A DNA stretch of 64,000 nt from a virus (IMGVR_UViG_3300042922_001018); one strand, 5' to 3'. Positions 9,506-19,412 are shown, counted from the first letter of the stretch. A program made the numbers and translations. The notes: generated by a model from the sequence alone, not told the origin.

Positions 9506-10128
9506 TGGTCTTCGAGACGACGGCGCGGCCGACGCTCCGTGTTCTCCTGTGCTGCTTCGACTGCGTCCCTGGTCGCAGAATCGCTCAGAACGGCCTTCTC
9601 GTCGTCTGTGAGGACCGAAATGCTCTCCCGCGTCCCGTACAGCGTCTTGACGTACTCGGCGTGCTCAGCGGCTTCGTCCTCGCTAACGAGTGCGACGTTC
9701 GGCTCCTTCGCCTCGCCCTTGACGTACTCCTCACCGTTGCCCGTACGGCGCATGGTGTACTCGCCGTTGCGACGTTCCAGCACGAGACCGATGCCGTGCG
9801 CGATGTACGAGTTCTTGCCGCGCACGTCGGCCTCGTCATCAGGGAAGTCCTTCGTCAGCTTGAACGCGTCGCCGACATCGAGGTTCAGCCCGTATCGCTC
9901 ATTGATGGCCTTCAGGTTCGCCCGCGCGGCTCGAAGGTCACCCTGCTCGTTCTTGACGCGCTGGTAGAGGAAGAGAGCAGTCGCGATGACGAACAGGCCC
10001 ACGGTGCCCCAGACCCAGTTCACGTACGTCGTGATGACGGCGATGAAGATGGGAGCGATAGACAGGCAGAGCAGGGCCATGCCGATGTAGCTGAGGTTCT
10101 TGTTGGGCTTGTAGAGGACGATGTTCAT
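9502..10128 (-). CDS. membrane protein (2 N-terminal TM)
   Basis: Hydrophobic N-terminus; leaderless promoter. Confidence 0.75.
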   Translation of the reverse strand: MNIVLYKPNKNLSYIGMALLCLSIAPIFIAVITTYVNWVWGTVGLFVIATALFLYQRVKNEQGDLRAARANLKAINERYGLNLDVGDAFKLTKDFPDDEADVRGKNSYIAHGIGLVLERRNGEYTMRRTGNGEEYVKGEAKEPNVALVSEDEAAEHAEYVKTLYGTRESISVLTDDEKAVLSDSATRDAVEAAQENTERRPRRRLEDQ

Positions 10129-10165
10129 TCGTACAGCCTAGCACTTGCTGCTGTGGTCGCTGCGC

Positions 10166-10597
10166 TCAGTACAGCTCTCGCTGCGGCGGCGTGTAAGGCG
10201 CACCATCGTGGTCCAAGTCCTCACCCGCATCGTACTCGGTCGCTGCGACCCGAAGGGAATCCCGCGAGCTACGCCGGACATGGCGGATGCGCTCGCGTCG
10301 GTTCTTCTTCTCCCACCGCCCCGTGTCCCGGTTGACCCACATCATCCCCTTGTGACAGGGAGCCAGGAGGCCACCCAACTGCGACGAGTCCACGTCCACG
10401 GTGCAGAAGTCCGCGAACGTGCCCTGAAGTGTCTTCACCCGGTCGTACTCACCGTCGGCGTTCTTGACGAGACGGTCGTAGTAGTGGTCCCGGCCGAAGA
10501 GGACATGCGAGTGGTACTCGTAGCGACGAACATCCGGGTACGCCGCATCGTCGCGCACCATCACGTGATGCGGCAAGTCTTTCCTCGTGCGGGACAT
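10166..10597 (-). CDS. basic MSRT-family protein, paralog 1
   Basis: MSRTRKDLPHHV; TGCTAGGCT-N7-ATG supports start 10597. Confidence 0.75.
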   Translation of the reverse strand: MSRTRKDLPHHVMVRDDAAYPDVRRYEYHSHVLFGRDHYYDRLVKNADGEYDRVKTLQGTFADFCTVDVDSSQLGGLLAPCHKGMMWVNRDTGRWEKKNRRERIRHVRRSSRDSLRVAATEYDAGEDLDHDGAPYTPPQRELY

Positions 10598-10617
10598 AGC
10601 GCTCAGCCTAGCACGAA

Positions 10618-11148
10618 TCAGTACCACCAGGAAGCCCCGCGGCGGTGGCGGGTTTCCAGCACGTCGAAGCTGTCCTCGATGTCACCGTTGGCGCGGTACT
10701 CAGCGACGTGGCGTCGCAAGGTGTCGCGAACGTGGCGCCGGTCACCCGCGTACCAGTCGCGCTCCTCAGCCTGGCTGTTGCCCTGGCGCATGCGGCCGAA
10801 GGCGGGACGGCAGGGCGGCAGGATGCCAGCGGGCAGGTCACGCGGGTGGATGTCCGCGGTGCAGTAATCCGCGAAGTGACCCACGACCACCGACTCGAAG
10901 CGGTACCGCTTCACGAGACGCTTCTCGTACCGGTAGACCGGCCACTGCCCGCTCGTGTCGAGAACGGCGCGGTCCACCTCTTCGATGGTGAAGAGCGGGT
11001 TGCCGCGCTCGTCCTTCATCATCCGGGTGCGGTGGCGCGCACGACCGAACATGAAGTGCCAGTGGAGCGCGTAACGGGGGTTCTCCGGGTAAGCCGTCTT
11101 GTCGCGAGCGATGACATCGTACGGCCGGTCCTTGTCCGTGCGGGACAT
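10618..11148 (-). CDS. basic MSRT-family protein, paralog 2
   Basis: MSRTDKDRPYDV; AGGAG RBS. Confidence 0.75.
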   Translation of the reverse strand: MSRTDKDRPYDVIARDKTAYPENPRYALHWHFMFGRARHRTRMMKDERGNPLFTIEEVDRAVLDTSGQWPVYRYEKRLVKRYRFESVVVGHFADYCTADIHPRDLPAGILPPCRPAFGRMRQGNSQAEERDWYAGDRRHVRDTLRRHVAEYRANGDIEDSFDVLETRHRRGASWWY

Positions 11149-11271
11149 GGTGTTCTCTCCTTAGTGCAAGATGCGCGAAACAACCGTGACGCAGGTACGT
11201 CACGGTGCACGTCGCGCTAGGCAAGGTGCCTAACTATGCACTAGGTGGAAGAACTTCATGGAGCTATCGTA

Positions 11272-12237
11272 TCACACGATTGTTTCAAGTGAATGAGCAT
11301 CCAGAGCCGCAAGGACCGCGCGCACCACAGGAGGCGGTGTAGCGCGGGTGATTTGGGTGAACACCGACTTCCGGTTTCCCGCGAACTTCGTGGTGGGGGT
11401 GAACCCCTGAAGAAGTGCGGCCTCCTCTGGCGAGATGAGACGGGACTGCATCTGCGTCACCGGCGTCTGCACAACGTCGCGGTACAGGAGGCGTTCGCGC
11501 GCATTCGGTCGTTCGTTGAACGAGTCGATGAGCACAAGGTCGCGTGCGCGCGGCGTGAGAGTGCGGATGGGGACGCTCAGCGGCGTGCAGACGCGCTCGG
11601 AGAGGAACCACAGGTCCGGCGGGAGGCTCAACACGTCAGCAGCGCTACGCCAGAGCGGGAGGCTGTCATCCGTGCGGTACGGCGCCTGATGGTTGTACCG
11701 AGAGTGAGTCGGCGCGGGACACTTCGCTTCCACGCCATCGCGACGAGCGAGGAGATAGGCGCGAGGTCGAAGCTGAGCGACGCCGTACTGTTCAGCGTGC
11801 AGGATGCCTGCCCACACGCTGTACCCGATGGCGCGGAACACGTCAGCGACGGCCTCGAAGAGAGGCAGGTACTCCGGCTCTTGCTCGAAAGCGGCAGCTC
11901 GCGGGAGGAATCGAGCAACATGCGTCACGGGGAGCAGCGCGTCTCCGACATCTTCCAGCTCACGGAGTGCGGCCATGTCATCCCACAGACCGCCGTGGAT
12001 GCGTTCCGCAAGCTGCGCGGGCTTGACACCCTTCGGCAGCGGCAGGTAGGCCCAGTACAGGTCGGTGGGGAACTCCCGCACCGTGTCGAAGTCCCAGATG
12101 TCCACGAAAGGTGTGGACAGACCGAGAAGGCTGCGAGTGGCAAGCAAGTCGTCCATGACGCCGAGGTCTTGGGTTTTCGAGCCGTACTCCTTCGCGGCTA
12201 CGGTCACGCCGATACCGCCGAATGCGTTGAGAATCAC
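11272..12237 (-). CDS. degenerate DNA cytosine-5 methyltransferase-like protein
   Basis: NAFGGIG, YGVAQLRPRAYLLA, EAALLQGF, ATPPP; catalytic PC and ENV absent. Confidence 0.7.
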   Translation of the reverse strand: MILNAFGGIGVTVAAKEYGSKTQDLGVMDDLLATRSLLGLSTPFVDIWDFDTVREFPTDLYWAYLPLPKGVKPAQLAERIHGGLWDDMAALRELEDVGDALLPVTHVARFLPRAAAFEQEPEYLPLFEAVADVFRAIGYSVWAGILHAEQYGVAQLRPRAYLLARRDGVEAKCPAPTHSRYNHQAPYRTDDSLPLWRSAADVLSLPPDLWFLSERVCTPLSVPIRTLTPRARDLVLIDSFNERPNARERLLYRDVVQTPVTQMQSRLISPEEAALLQGFTPTTKFAGNRKSVFTQITRATPPPVVRAVLAALDAHSLETIV

Positions 12238-12557
12238 GCTGCTACATACTCCTTCTGGGCGCGAAGGGATTCCATCTTGCCTGCACGCCTCGTCTGCTTG
12301 GTCTTCTTACGGCGTCCGTCGCGGTCAGTACACATCGGGCATCCACACGTAGAGACGTGGGAGAACCAGTCGTAGCGGCAGCGGAGACGCACGTACCGAG
12401 GGTTGTCGTGGAGGTACATCTCGCGGGCCTCTGCCATGGACGGCAGTTCGCAGGGCGCGCCATCGCGATGGTCATGGTCTTCCTCGAAACGGACCTTCGT
12501 GTCGGCCGTATCGAAAGCTCGAACGAGAGGAGGCCGAGTCTTACGAGTCCTGGACAT
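12234..12557 (-). CDS. basic MSRT-family protein, paralog 3
   Basis: MSRTRKTRPPLV, HDH..C..C..CGCPMC; leaderless promoter. Confidence 0.75.
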   Translation of the reverse strand: MSRTRKTRPPLVRAFDTADTKVRFEEDHDHRDGAPCELPSMAEAREMYLHDNPRYVRLRCRYDWFSHVSTCGCPMCTDRDGRRKKTKQTRRAGKMESLRAQKEYVAA

Positions 12558-12569
12558 GGCCTCAGTCTA

Positions 12570-13148
12570 TCACGATGCAGCGGGGAGGGATGTTGCCCCA
12601 GGCAATGTACAGGTTCCGAGGTAGTGCAGGCGCTCGTACGGGATGCCTTGCGACGATGCGTAGATGTCAGCCCAGCACTCGCTGTCGAGAGTTCCCATAC
12701 CGGTGGTTGTAGACCCGCCAACCGGCCAGGCTCCGCGAGCTTGAAGGATGTGCGCGTATTCGTGGATGAGGACGTAGACATGCTCGTCTTCGCCCATCTC
12801 CGGGGACAAGTAGATGCGCTCCGGGGAGGTGCCCATGTAGACGCAGCCGCCCTTGCTTATTGCGCCGTTGGCATCCGGCTGCGCGGCACAGTTCAGCTCC
12901 GGGTCTTCAGTGTAGACGAGCTGAACTCCGTCAGCTTCGATGCGCTCAGCCAGTTCGTCAGACGACAACACGGCGCTGCCGGTCACGACTTCGTCCTGCT
13001 TCGTGGTGCTCGACTCGGTGCCGAGGTACCAGCCGCCCATCAGCAGCGCCAGGCCGATGATGACGGCGATAGGGTACATCAGGATGCTTGTGCGCCGCTT
13101 CTCTGGCGGCGCCGCAATGATGTCGATGTCAGTGGTGACGGTGTTCAT
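12570..13148 (-). CDS. membrane-anchored HExxH zinc metallopeptidase-like protein
   Basis: TM then VLIHEYAHILQ...ECWAD. Confidence 0.75.
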   Translation of the reverse strand: MNTVTTDIDIIAAPPEKRRTSILMYPIAVIIGLALLMGGWYLGTESSTTKQDEVVTGSAVLSSDELAERIEADGVQLVYTEDPELNCAAQPDANGAISKGGCVYMGTSPERIYLSPEMGEDEHVYVLIHEYAHILQARGAWPVGGSTTTGMGTLDSECWADIYASSQGIPYERLHYLGTCTLPGATSLPAAS

Positions 13149-13858
13149 GCAGCCTTCGACTCTTCGGCCAACGCGGCCTCGACACGGGCAAGGTCTTCAG
13201 CGAAGTCAACTTCGATGGCAGTGTACGGCGTGATGTCAACCGGCTCGAAAGCGATACGCGACGCAGAAGCGGACAGCTCGATAGCGCGCTCGAAATAGTC
13301 CTGCTCGCGCACAGCATTCAGCCAGTACAGGAACTCGCCCTTGTCGTCGGCCGAGATGTAGTTGATGCCTACAGCTTCACCGAGAGCCACGGTGGGCGAG
13401 ATGTCCTTGGAGATGCGGTCGATGTGCCCGTACTCGTCCAGCGTGTACTTGACTTCCTCATCCGCTACCCGCGAGCGGTCAACCGCCACCCCGTTCCGGC
13501 CGGTCACAACGATGGGCTGAAACGCCCGAAGAACGCCTTCATCGAACACAAGGTCGCCGTTTACCCAGAGCACGCCTTCATCGAAGGGCGTCCCGTGCAT
13601 AGCGCCGAGTAGCGTCTTCGCGGTATTCGTTGAAGCGAAGTCCGCGTTGTAGTGCTTCCGGATGTCCGGGTAGGCGTCCACAATGTCTTCGACCTGATGG
13701 CCTACTGCAATCGTGATGGAGGCTTCGGGGAACACGGAACGAAAAGCTCGAAGCTGGCGCTCCAGGATGGTCGTGCCGTCGCCGACTGGCGTCAGAGACT
13801 TCGGGAACGGCTTGCCGAGACGCGTTCCCTTCCCCGCTGCCAGGATGACGATGTGCAC
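13145..13858 (-). CDS. NTP transferase (phosphocholine cytidylyltransferase-like)
   Basis: ILAAGKGTRL..PKSL, NGDLVF, EVDFAEDL. Confidence 0.85.
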   Translation of the reverse strand: MHIVILAAGKGTRLGKPFPKSLTPVGDGTTILERQLRAFRSVFPEASITIAVGHQVEDIVDAYPDIRKHYNADFASTNTAKTLLGAMHGTPFDEGVLWVNGDLVFDEGVLRAFQPIVVTGRNGVAVDRSRVADEEVKYTLDEYGHIDRISKDISPTVALGEAVGINYISADDKGEFLYWLNAVREQDYFERAIELSASASRIAFEPVDITPYTAIEVDFAEDLARVEAALAEESKAA

Positions 13859-13947
13859 GTCACCCAGGATACCATCACGCTCGCAGGACGGGCGGTTAGC
13901 CTACTCGGCGAGCCAGGAAGATGCCGACTGGCACGAGGTCGAATCCG

Positions 13948-14907
13948 TCATCTCCCCGACGCCGCAATCGACTGAGGAGGCACCACGGTCAGCGTGACGG
14001 TATCATCACGGCCTTCCAGGAGACGGGGACGCGCCTCGAACGTCTCTCGCAGCTCGTCATCCGAATGCTTCCGGATGTCCACCGATACCCACTCGCCGCC
14101 GTCCCAGTCCAGGCTCCGGTCCCACGGGCAGATGACGCGGCGCCACTTGTAGTGCGAGTGGCGTTCGGTGTCCGTCGGGTCAGTGGGGTTCACACTCGAA
14201 TACTGCATGACCATCGTGTTGTGGACCTTGCGTGCCGGGTCTGCTTCCAAGGCAAGGAAGTCCTCCGGTGCCAGACGCTCGACGACGAACTGGAACACAC
14301 GGAACACCTCGCCATGACCGACGGCCACCATGTTCTCCACACCGTCACGACGGTAGAAGGAAGTCATCAGCGACTCGACCCGGCCCCGCAGACCGGTCGC
14401 GAGCGACTCGCCGCCCTGCGGCTTCCAGTACCACTCGTGCAGCGAACGGACACGACGCGTTGCGTCATCCATCGCTCGGTGCGAAACGACCTCGCCCCAG
14501 TCGCGCTCGCGCAGACGGTCTTCGACGCGCCATTCGCCGTCCAGGTGGAGATGGAACGCCGTCTCACGGGTACGAACGTGAGGGGAGACGTAGAACCGGT
14601 CGAAGCCTGCGTGCGGAGTCCCCGCCTCGATGTACTCGCGGATACGCTCCGCGCGCTCGACACTTCCCATCGCTTCGGCGAACTGGAGAGCGTCCTGCGC
14701 TTCGCGGAGCGCTTCAGCGAACAGCCACTCGCCAGCCGCTTCTGCCTGCTCTACACCGAGCGGGGACAGACGCATGTAGCTGTCATGACGCCCATCGTAA
14801 GCGTCGATGGGCAGCTCGGTCTCACGTCCCGCCTTGATGAGGCGCTGCGCGACGTTCGCCTCGGACTCGCCGTGGCGGATGAGCGTGAGTCGTGTGGGGA
14901 GCGTCAT
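13948..14907 (-). CDS. histidine phosphatase family protein
   Basis: LIRHGESEAN, SPHVRTRETA, ERDWG, GES, VGHG. Confidence 0.9.
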   Translation of the reverse strand: MTLPTRLTLIRHGESEANVAQRLIKAGRETELPIDAYDGRHDSYMRLSPLGVEQAEAAGEWLFAEALREAQDALQFAEAMGSVERAERIREYIEAGTPHAGFDRFYVSPHVRTRETAFHLHLDGEWRVEDRLRERDWGEVVSHRAMDDATRRVRSLHEWYWKPQGGESLATGLRGRVESLMTSFYRRDGVENMVAVGHGEVFRVFQFVVERLAPEDFLALEADPARKVHNTMVMQYSSVNPTDPTDTERHSHYKWRRVICPWDRSLDWDGGEWVSVDIRKHSDDELRETFEARPRLLEGRDDTVTLTVVPPQSIAASGR

Positions 14908-14940
14908 GGCACCAGTGTACCACGACAGGACGAGAGCTGT

Positions 14941-15129
14941 CTACCGACGCTGTGTCTGAAGGTCGCGCCGTGCCGCAGCCGCGGACTTACCTTCACCGAC
15001 GATGAAGTGACCCTGGACGCTGCGGCCGGTCACGTAGTAGTTCCACCCGAGAGGCCACTTGCGCTTCTTCGCGAGCAACCGGAAAGTGGGGTGGTCCGGG
15101 AGGCGGTCGTACGAGCGAGTCGTTCTCAT
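14941..15129 (-). CDS. small basic hypothetical protein
   Basis: Coupled to macrodomain gene. Confidence 0.55.
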   Translation of the reverse strand: MRTTRSYDRLPDHPTFRLLAKKRKWPLGWNYYVTGRSVQGHFIVGEGKSAAAARRDLQTQRR

Positions 15130-15572
15130 CGGTCGAAAGTCCAGACCTCGATGTCAACACCGTGCTTCGTGGACAGAGCGTCATAGACAGGTTCCACATC
15201 ATCCCACTGGAGACCGCCGATGCCACAGCCGATGAGCGGAAGAGCGATGCGGTCGAACCCCTGGGTCGCGGCGTGGCCGAGAGCGCGGTCTAGGCCGTCC
15301 TCCAGCCATTCCAGACGCGCGTTCGCGCCGGGAGCGTCCTGCGACGCGATGTTGTACACGTCGGGCTTCTCCGGGTCTTTCCAATAGAACACGCGGCCCG
15401 GCTGGAGGAGCTTCTGCGCACAGTGAGCCGCGTACTGCTCATACATTGCCGGGTACTCACGGCGGAACCGCACCGCGATGCCTGCGCCCATGACACCGAA
15501 GACGTTGACACCATGGCCGAGAGCCGGAGCGTCCGAGTCGAACAAGTCGCCGGAGAAGTGGAGAAGGGTCAT
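15126..15572 (-). CDS. macrodomain (ADP-ribose processing) protein
   Basis: GDLF, HGVNVFGVMGAGIA, LPLIGCGIGGLQW. Confidence 0.9.
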   Translation of the reverse strand: MTLLHFSGDLFDSDAPALGHGVNVFGVMGAGIAVRFRREYPAMYEQYAAHCAQKLLQPGRVFYWKDPEKPDVYNIASQDAPGANARLEWLEDGLDRALGHAATQGFDRIALPLIGCGIGGLQWDDVEPVYDALSTKHGVDIEVWTFDR

Positions 15573-15611
15573 GCCGCTGAGCCTACCACAGTTTCATCGC
15601 GAGTAGGGTGC

Positions 15612-16136
15612 TCAGCTTCGGAAATGCGTGATGCCGAGCTGGGCCGCATGCAGGACCACTACGAAGTACATCGCGTCCTGCGAAACGCCAGACTCCTCCG
15701 CTACCCACTTCGAGAACTCCGAGTCGTACAGGCCGTCGAGACGGTTCTTCTCGGTGCTCGCGCCCGAGAGGTCAGCGCCACGGACTTCGGCGGTAACGGC
15801 CGAATCCGGCGCTGCCGCACCGATGTAGCCTAGGTTCCAGATGAAGGGTTCGGGGAGGCTCTCGTTCACCATTCGAGTGTTGATGTCAGCCGAGTTCAGG
15901 ATGCTGTCCCAGTAAGCGGTCTTCTGCGCATCTGTCGCCTCGATGCCGCGCGTGTTGAGCTGTGCTCCAATCGCGCGCTCAGAGATTTCGTACTCCTGGT
16001 CAGTCGTGTCAGTCACGCCGTCTTCCGTCGCGACTGATGGAGTCGGCGGAAGAGGAGGCGTCGAAGGTGCGCACGCGCTGAGCGTCAACGCCAGAGCGGC
16101 TGCGGAGACGAAGAGAACGAGACGATTACGAGGCAT
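15612..16136 (-). CDS. lipoprotein, family A
   Basis: Lipobox LSAC, Pro/Thr linker. Confidence 0.8.
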   Translation of the reverse strand: MPRNRLVLFVSAAALALTLSACAPSTPPLPPTPSVATEDGVTDTTDQEYEISERAIGAQLNTRGIEATDAQKTAYWDSILNSADINTRMVNESLPEPFIWNLGYIGAAAPDSAVTAEVRGADLSGASTEKNRLDGLYDSEFSKWVAEESGVSQDAMYFVVVLHAAQLGITHFRS

Positions 16137-16150
16137 GTACCCATCTTACC

Positions 16151-16741
16151 TTACGGAGTCAGCGATGAGAACTGTGGACCGCAGAGCGTGGCAAGACCCA
16201 TCTTGATGATGGGAGCATACCCGCGTTCAACGACCTCATCCGCGACCGCGTAGTTGAGAGCTTCCGCAGTCTCATTGATGATGCGCTGTGCCATCTGGTC
16301 GATAGGCGTCGCGGTCGTGTCTGCCTGCGCTTCTGCACATCCGACGTACAGAACGTTCAGGAGATAGTCGCCTGTCGGAGCGACGCCTTCGAGCTTCTCG
16401 ATGACCGACGCATACGTCTGCCCCTGGTCGTCGAGGATAGGCTCCCCGCCCAGGCCCGCCTGGCTGAGGAAGAGAGCCTCCGCCGTCGCGTCTCGCTCTA
16501 CGCCCTGCGGGTCCACGCCCTCACGGGGGAAAGTCTCCAGAGGTGACGCGCCCGGTGTAGGCGTCGCGTCCGGCGTCGTGGTGGGCGTAGGTGTCGCGGT
16601 CACGACAGGCGCGTCCGGCATCTTGATAGTGCCCCGAGTCGTAGAGGTCGGCGTGGGAGCAGGCTCAGGCGCAGAGCAACCGGCGAACAGAAGCGTCGCG
16701 GCTACAACGGCCGCTGCGCTAGCAACGGTCTTGAACTTCAT
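16151..16741 (-). CDS. lipoprotein, family A
   Basis: Lipobox FAGC; YLLNVLYVGC. Confidence 0.8.
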   Translation of the reverse strand: MKFKTVASAAAVVAATLLFAGCSAPEPAPTPTSTTRGTIKMPDAPVVTATPTPTTTPDATPTPGASPLETFPREGVDPQGVERDATAEALFLSQAGLGGEPILDDQGQTYASVIEKLEGVAPTGDYLLNVLYVGCAEAQADTTATPIDQMAQRIINETAEALNYAVADEVVERGYAPIIKMGLATLCGPQFSSLTP

Positions 16742-17379
16742 CCTCGGAAGACTCCATTTTCCAGGTCACGTCGAGCTTGCTCGTCGAACAGGGGGACACA
16801 GACGTACGAGTAGCTGGTCGTGGCCGCAGCCATGTACGCCGTGGAGAGTTCTGCATCCTCAGAGGAGGAGAAGCCCACCCACATCGGAACTTCGGCCAGC
16901 GCCTTAGTGAAAGCGTCATTCAGACTGAGGTTCTGGCTCTGGTATGCCTGCACAGCATTGCAGAGCTTGTACGTCAGGTTCAGCACGTAGTCGGTCGTGG
17001 GGGCAGTACCGCCCGCCTGGATGATTTTCTGGACCGGAAGCTCCTCAGTGCGGTCCGACGGCACGACGTAGGCCGAGTCGGTCTTCACACCGACGGCGAT
17101 GAGGGCTTCATCTTCGAGAATGGGGTATTGCGGAAGACCGCCCGTCTGGACTCCGCTCGCAGGAAGGATTTCCGTTGACGGTGCAACCAGCTCTTCCGGC
17201 TCTTCCGCAGGTGACTCTGACGGTTCCGAAGATGATGTGGGGTCAGCGCCCGGAGATTGAATGCCGCCAGGGTCCGTGGGCAACGGCCCAGGCGTGTTCG
17301 TGGTTGGCGCACACGCAGTCAGCATCAGGGCGACGCTCACTGCGGCGAGAATGCCGGGGAGAACCTTCAGCTTCTTCAT
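16738..17379 (-). CDS. lipoprotein, family A
   Basis: Lipobox LTAC; YVLNLTYKLC. Confidence 0.8.
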   Translation of the reverse strand: MKKLKVLPGILAAVSVALMLTACAPTTNTPGPLPTDPGGIQSPGADPTSSSEPSESPAEEPEELVAPSTEILPASGVQTGGLPQYPILEDEALIAVGVKTDSAYVVPSDRTEELPVQKIIQAGGTAPTTDYVLNLTYKLCNAVQAYQSQNLSLNDAFTKALAEVPMWVGFSSSEDAELSTAYMAAATTSYSYVCVPLFDEQARRDLENGVFRG

Positions 17380-17921
17380 TCCGCACCCTCCTTCGGCGTG
17401 TACCCATCGAACGGAGTCAGCACGGGTTCACAGAGGAGCGACATTCCGCGGAACATCAGTTCACTGTAGACGTTGGCCTGCCGCGACTCAGCCGCGTAGC
17501 CGGTGACTTCGGGGAGCTTCGCGTAGAGGGACTCGACGAGAGCCTGGATGTTCTCAGCTTGACCGGTCTGCTGCTTGGCCTGGTCGCAACCCCAGTAAGT
17601 GAGGTTGAGCGCGTATTCCGCCGTGGGTACCGTGGCACCGCTCTCCTCAGCATAGTCGGGGAAGCTGAGTGCGCCTGGCTCTGGTTCGGCACTGGGAACG
17701 TCGCCGAGACTAGCGAAGCTCAACATCTGGTTCTCAGCTTCGGTGTTGCGCTCGAACCCGATGGAGTCCACCTCTGTCTCCGAGATGACCTCAGTGCTGG
17801 GAGCGACCGCCGGAGCAGGGGTGCTGGTCACGTCGGGCGGAAGGGGAGGCTCGGAAGCGGTGCAGCCCGCAAGCAGGAGCGCAGCGACGAGCGGTACGCC
17901 TACAGCGATAAGTCGCTTCAT
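17376..17921 (-). CDS. lipoprotein, family A
   Basis: Start MKRLIAV with AGGAG RBS; lipobox LAGC; YALNLTYWGC. Confidence 0.8.
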   Translation of the reverse strand: MKRLIAVGVPLVAALLLAGCTASEPPLPPDVTSTPAPAVAPSTEVISETEVDSIGFERNTEAENQMLSFASLGDVPSAEPEPGALSFPDYAEESGATVPTAEYALNLTYWGCDQAKQQTGQAENIQALVESLYAKLPEVTGYAAESRQANVYSELMFRGMSLLCEPVLTPFDGYTPKEGAE

Positions 17922-17966
17922 CGGTGCGCTCCTGTCTTGACGGCCGCGGATTTCACAACCGTGTTG

Positions 17967-18038
17967 TGGAGAGGGTGGGACTTGAACCCACATCCTTACG
18001 CTGAAGAACGCGTTGCTCTGAACCTGAGCTACCTCCCC
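17967..18038 (-). ncRNA. tRNA-like RNA with irregular anticodon arm
   Basis: Normal acceptor, D and T arms; ACGC/GCGT stem closing 8-nt GTTCTTCA. Confidence 0.7.
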
Positions 18039-18126
18039 GAGGACTGGCGGGCAAGCGCCCGCCAGCTAGAGCAAAGCTCTACGTGAACAGTGTAGCACAC
18101 GCGGAATGCTCCATAGTGGATGAAGT

Positions 18127-18327
18127 TCAGAGGGGTCCGTGCTCAGCTTCCCAAGCCGCCCACTCTTCTGGGGTCTTCGGTCGTTCGCGTTCGAGCCAGT
18201 AGTCGAGCGTACCGTCTTCGTACGCCTTCTTGACTTCCAGGTACGTGTCGTAGCGACCGAGACCCACTCCGACATCAACGCCCGCGTCGAACTGTGGGTC
18301 GCTGTGCGGCTTCTGCATGTCTGCCAT
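18127..18327 (-). CDS. small hypothetical protein
   Basis: MADMQKPH...; GAAAGGA RBS. Confidence 0.6.
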   Translation of the reverse strand: MADMQKPHSDPQFDAGVDVGVGLGRYDTYLEVKKAYEDGTLDYWLERERPKTPEEWAAWEAEHGPL

Positions 18328-18341
18328 ATCGTTCCTTTCTG

Positions 18342-18415
18342 TGCAGCTAAGAGGACTTGAACCTCTGACCTCCACCGTGTCAAGGTGGCGCTCTAACCGC
18401 CTGAGCTATAGCTGC
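18342..18415 (-). tRNA. tRNA-Val(GAC)
   Basis: Cloverleaf; loop TTGACAC. Confidence 0.92.
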
Positions 18416-18768
18416 GTGATGCCCTAGCGAGCGACGCTCGCGTCGGACTTCACATGCGTTCGGTGAACGATGTGATGCCCTTGGAGCCTGCGCCGCGGTC
18501 GGCTCCAGAAGCGGTGAGCAGGGACTTTGCTCCCGGTGGACAGCCCGCACCTCCGCGGAGGTCGTTGCAACAGCAGGCCGTTAGTTCGCCAGAGACAACT
18601 CACACCCACCCCGCGCTCTGACAGACGGATTGTGGGAGAGCTACGACACGACACTCGACTTGTCCTCGTCGTGTTGCAGCCGTCTACAGCCTACCACGCG
18701 TGGTAGACATTGTGCCCTAGCGAGCGAAGCCCGCACCGGACCCGACATGCGGCCGTTGGCCGATGGTG

Positions 18769-18841
18769 TGCCCTCGACAGGAATCGAACCTGCGACCTCT
18801 GGTACCGGAAACCAGCCTTCTATCCACTGAAGTACGAGGGC
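18769..18841 (-). tRNA. tRNA-Arg(CCG)
   Basis: Cloverleaf; loop TTCCGGT. Confidence 0.9.
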
Positions 18842-18896
18842 AAAGGAAAACGCGGCCCGGTATCTAATCGGACCGCGTCTCCACCCCACGCCCCTT

Positions 18897-18971
18897 GATT
18901 GCAAGAGGGGACTTGAACCCCTGGCCCATACGCCTTGTGGCGTCGCTCTTCCAACTGAGCTACAAGCAATC
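18897..18971 (-). ncRNA. tRNA-like RNA with 4-nt loop in place of anticodon loop
   Basis: Good D and T arms; ACGCC-ACAA-GGCGT. Confidence 0.72.
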
Positions 18972-18997
18972 GCAGGATGTGGAGTTATTGCGAGGGT

Positions 18998-19064
18998 GAG
19001 AGACCCTGGGATTCGAACCCGGCGCCCGAAGGCGCTTCACCCGCGTGCTCGCGTTCAGTCTCTC
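18998..19064 (-). ncRNA. minimal tRNA-like RNA with UUCG-capped arm
   Basis: GAGAGAC/GTCTCTC stem, GGGTTCGAATCCC T arm, GCGCC-TTCG-GGCGC hairpin. Confidence 0.6.
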
Positions 19065-19142
19065 GGCCGAATGGTTACAGCCATCCGGTTGTATCGCCCG
19101 CTGTAACGAGCGACATGTACAGCGTACCACACGTCTCAGACA

Positions 19143-19412
19143 TCACTGTCGTTCGTCGGAACGCTCGTTCAGGAAGGCGTGAAGCGCCTCATCGGACACC
19201 TTCGCGCGTACCGTCCGGGCATGCACCCAGCGCTTGATGTGGTTGGCATCATTCCACAGACCGCGGAACGCGGCGGGGAGGAAGTAGAACAGCGGCAGGA
19301 GAATCCAGAAACCGCCTGGCAGCCCGTTGTAGAGGAGGGGCATGGCGAAAATCCCCAGGAGCAGGGTCGCGATGAAAGTGGCTACGGGCCACCGTGACAT
19401 GAGCGCGCGCAT
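19143..19412 (-). CDS. small membrane protein
   Basis: 2 TM; TGGTACACT-N6-ATG. Confidence 0.65.
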   Translation of the reverse strand: MRALMSRWPVATFIATLLLGIFAMPLLYNGLPGGFWILLPLFYFLPAAFRGLWNDANHIKRWVHARTVRAKVSDEALHAFLNERSDERQ

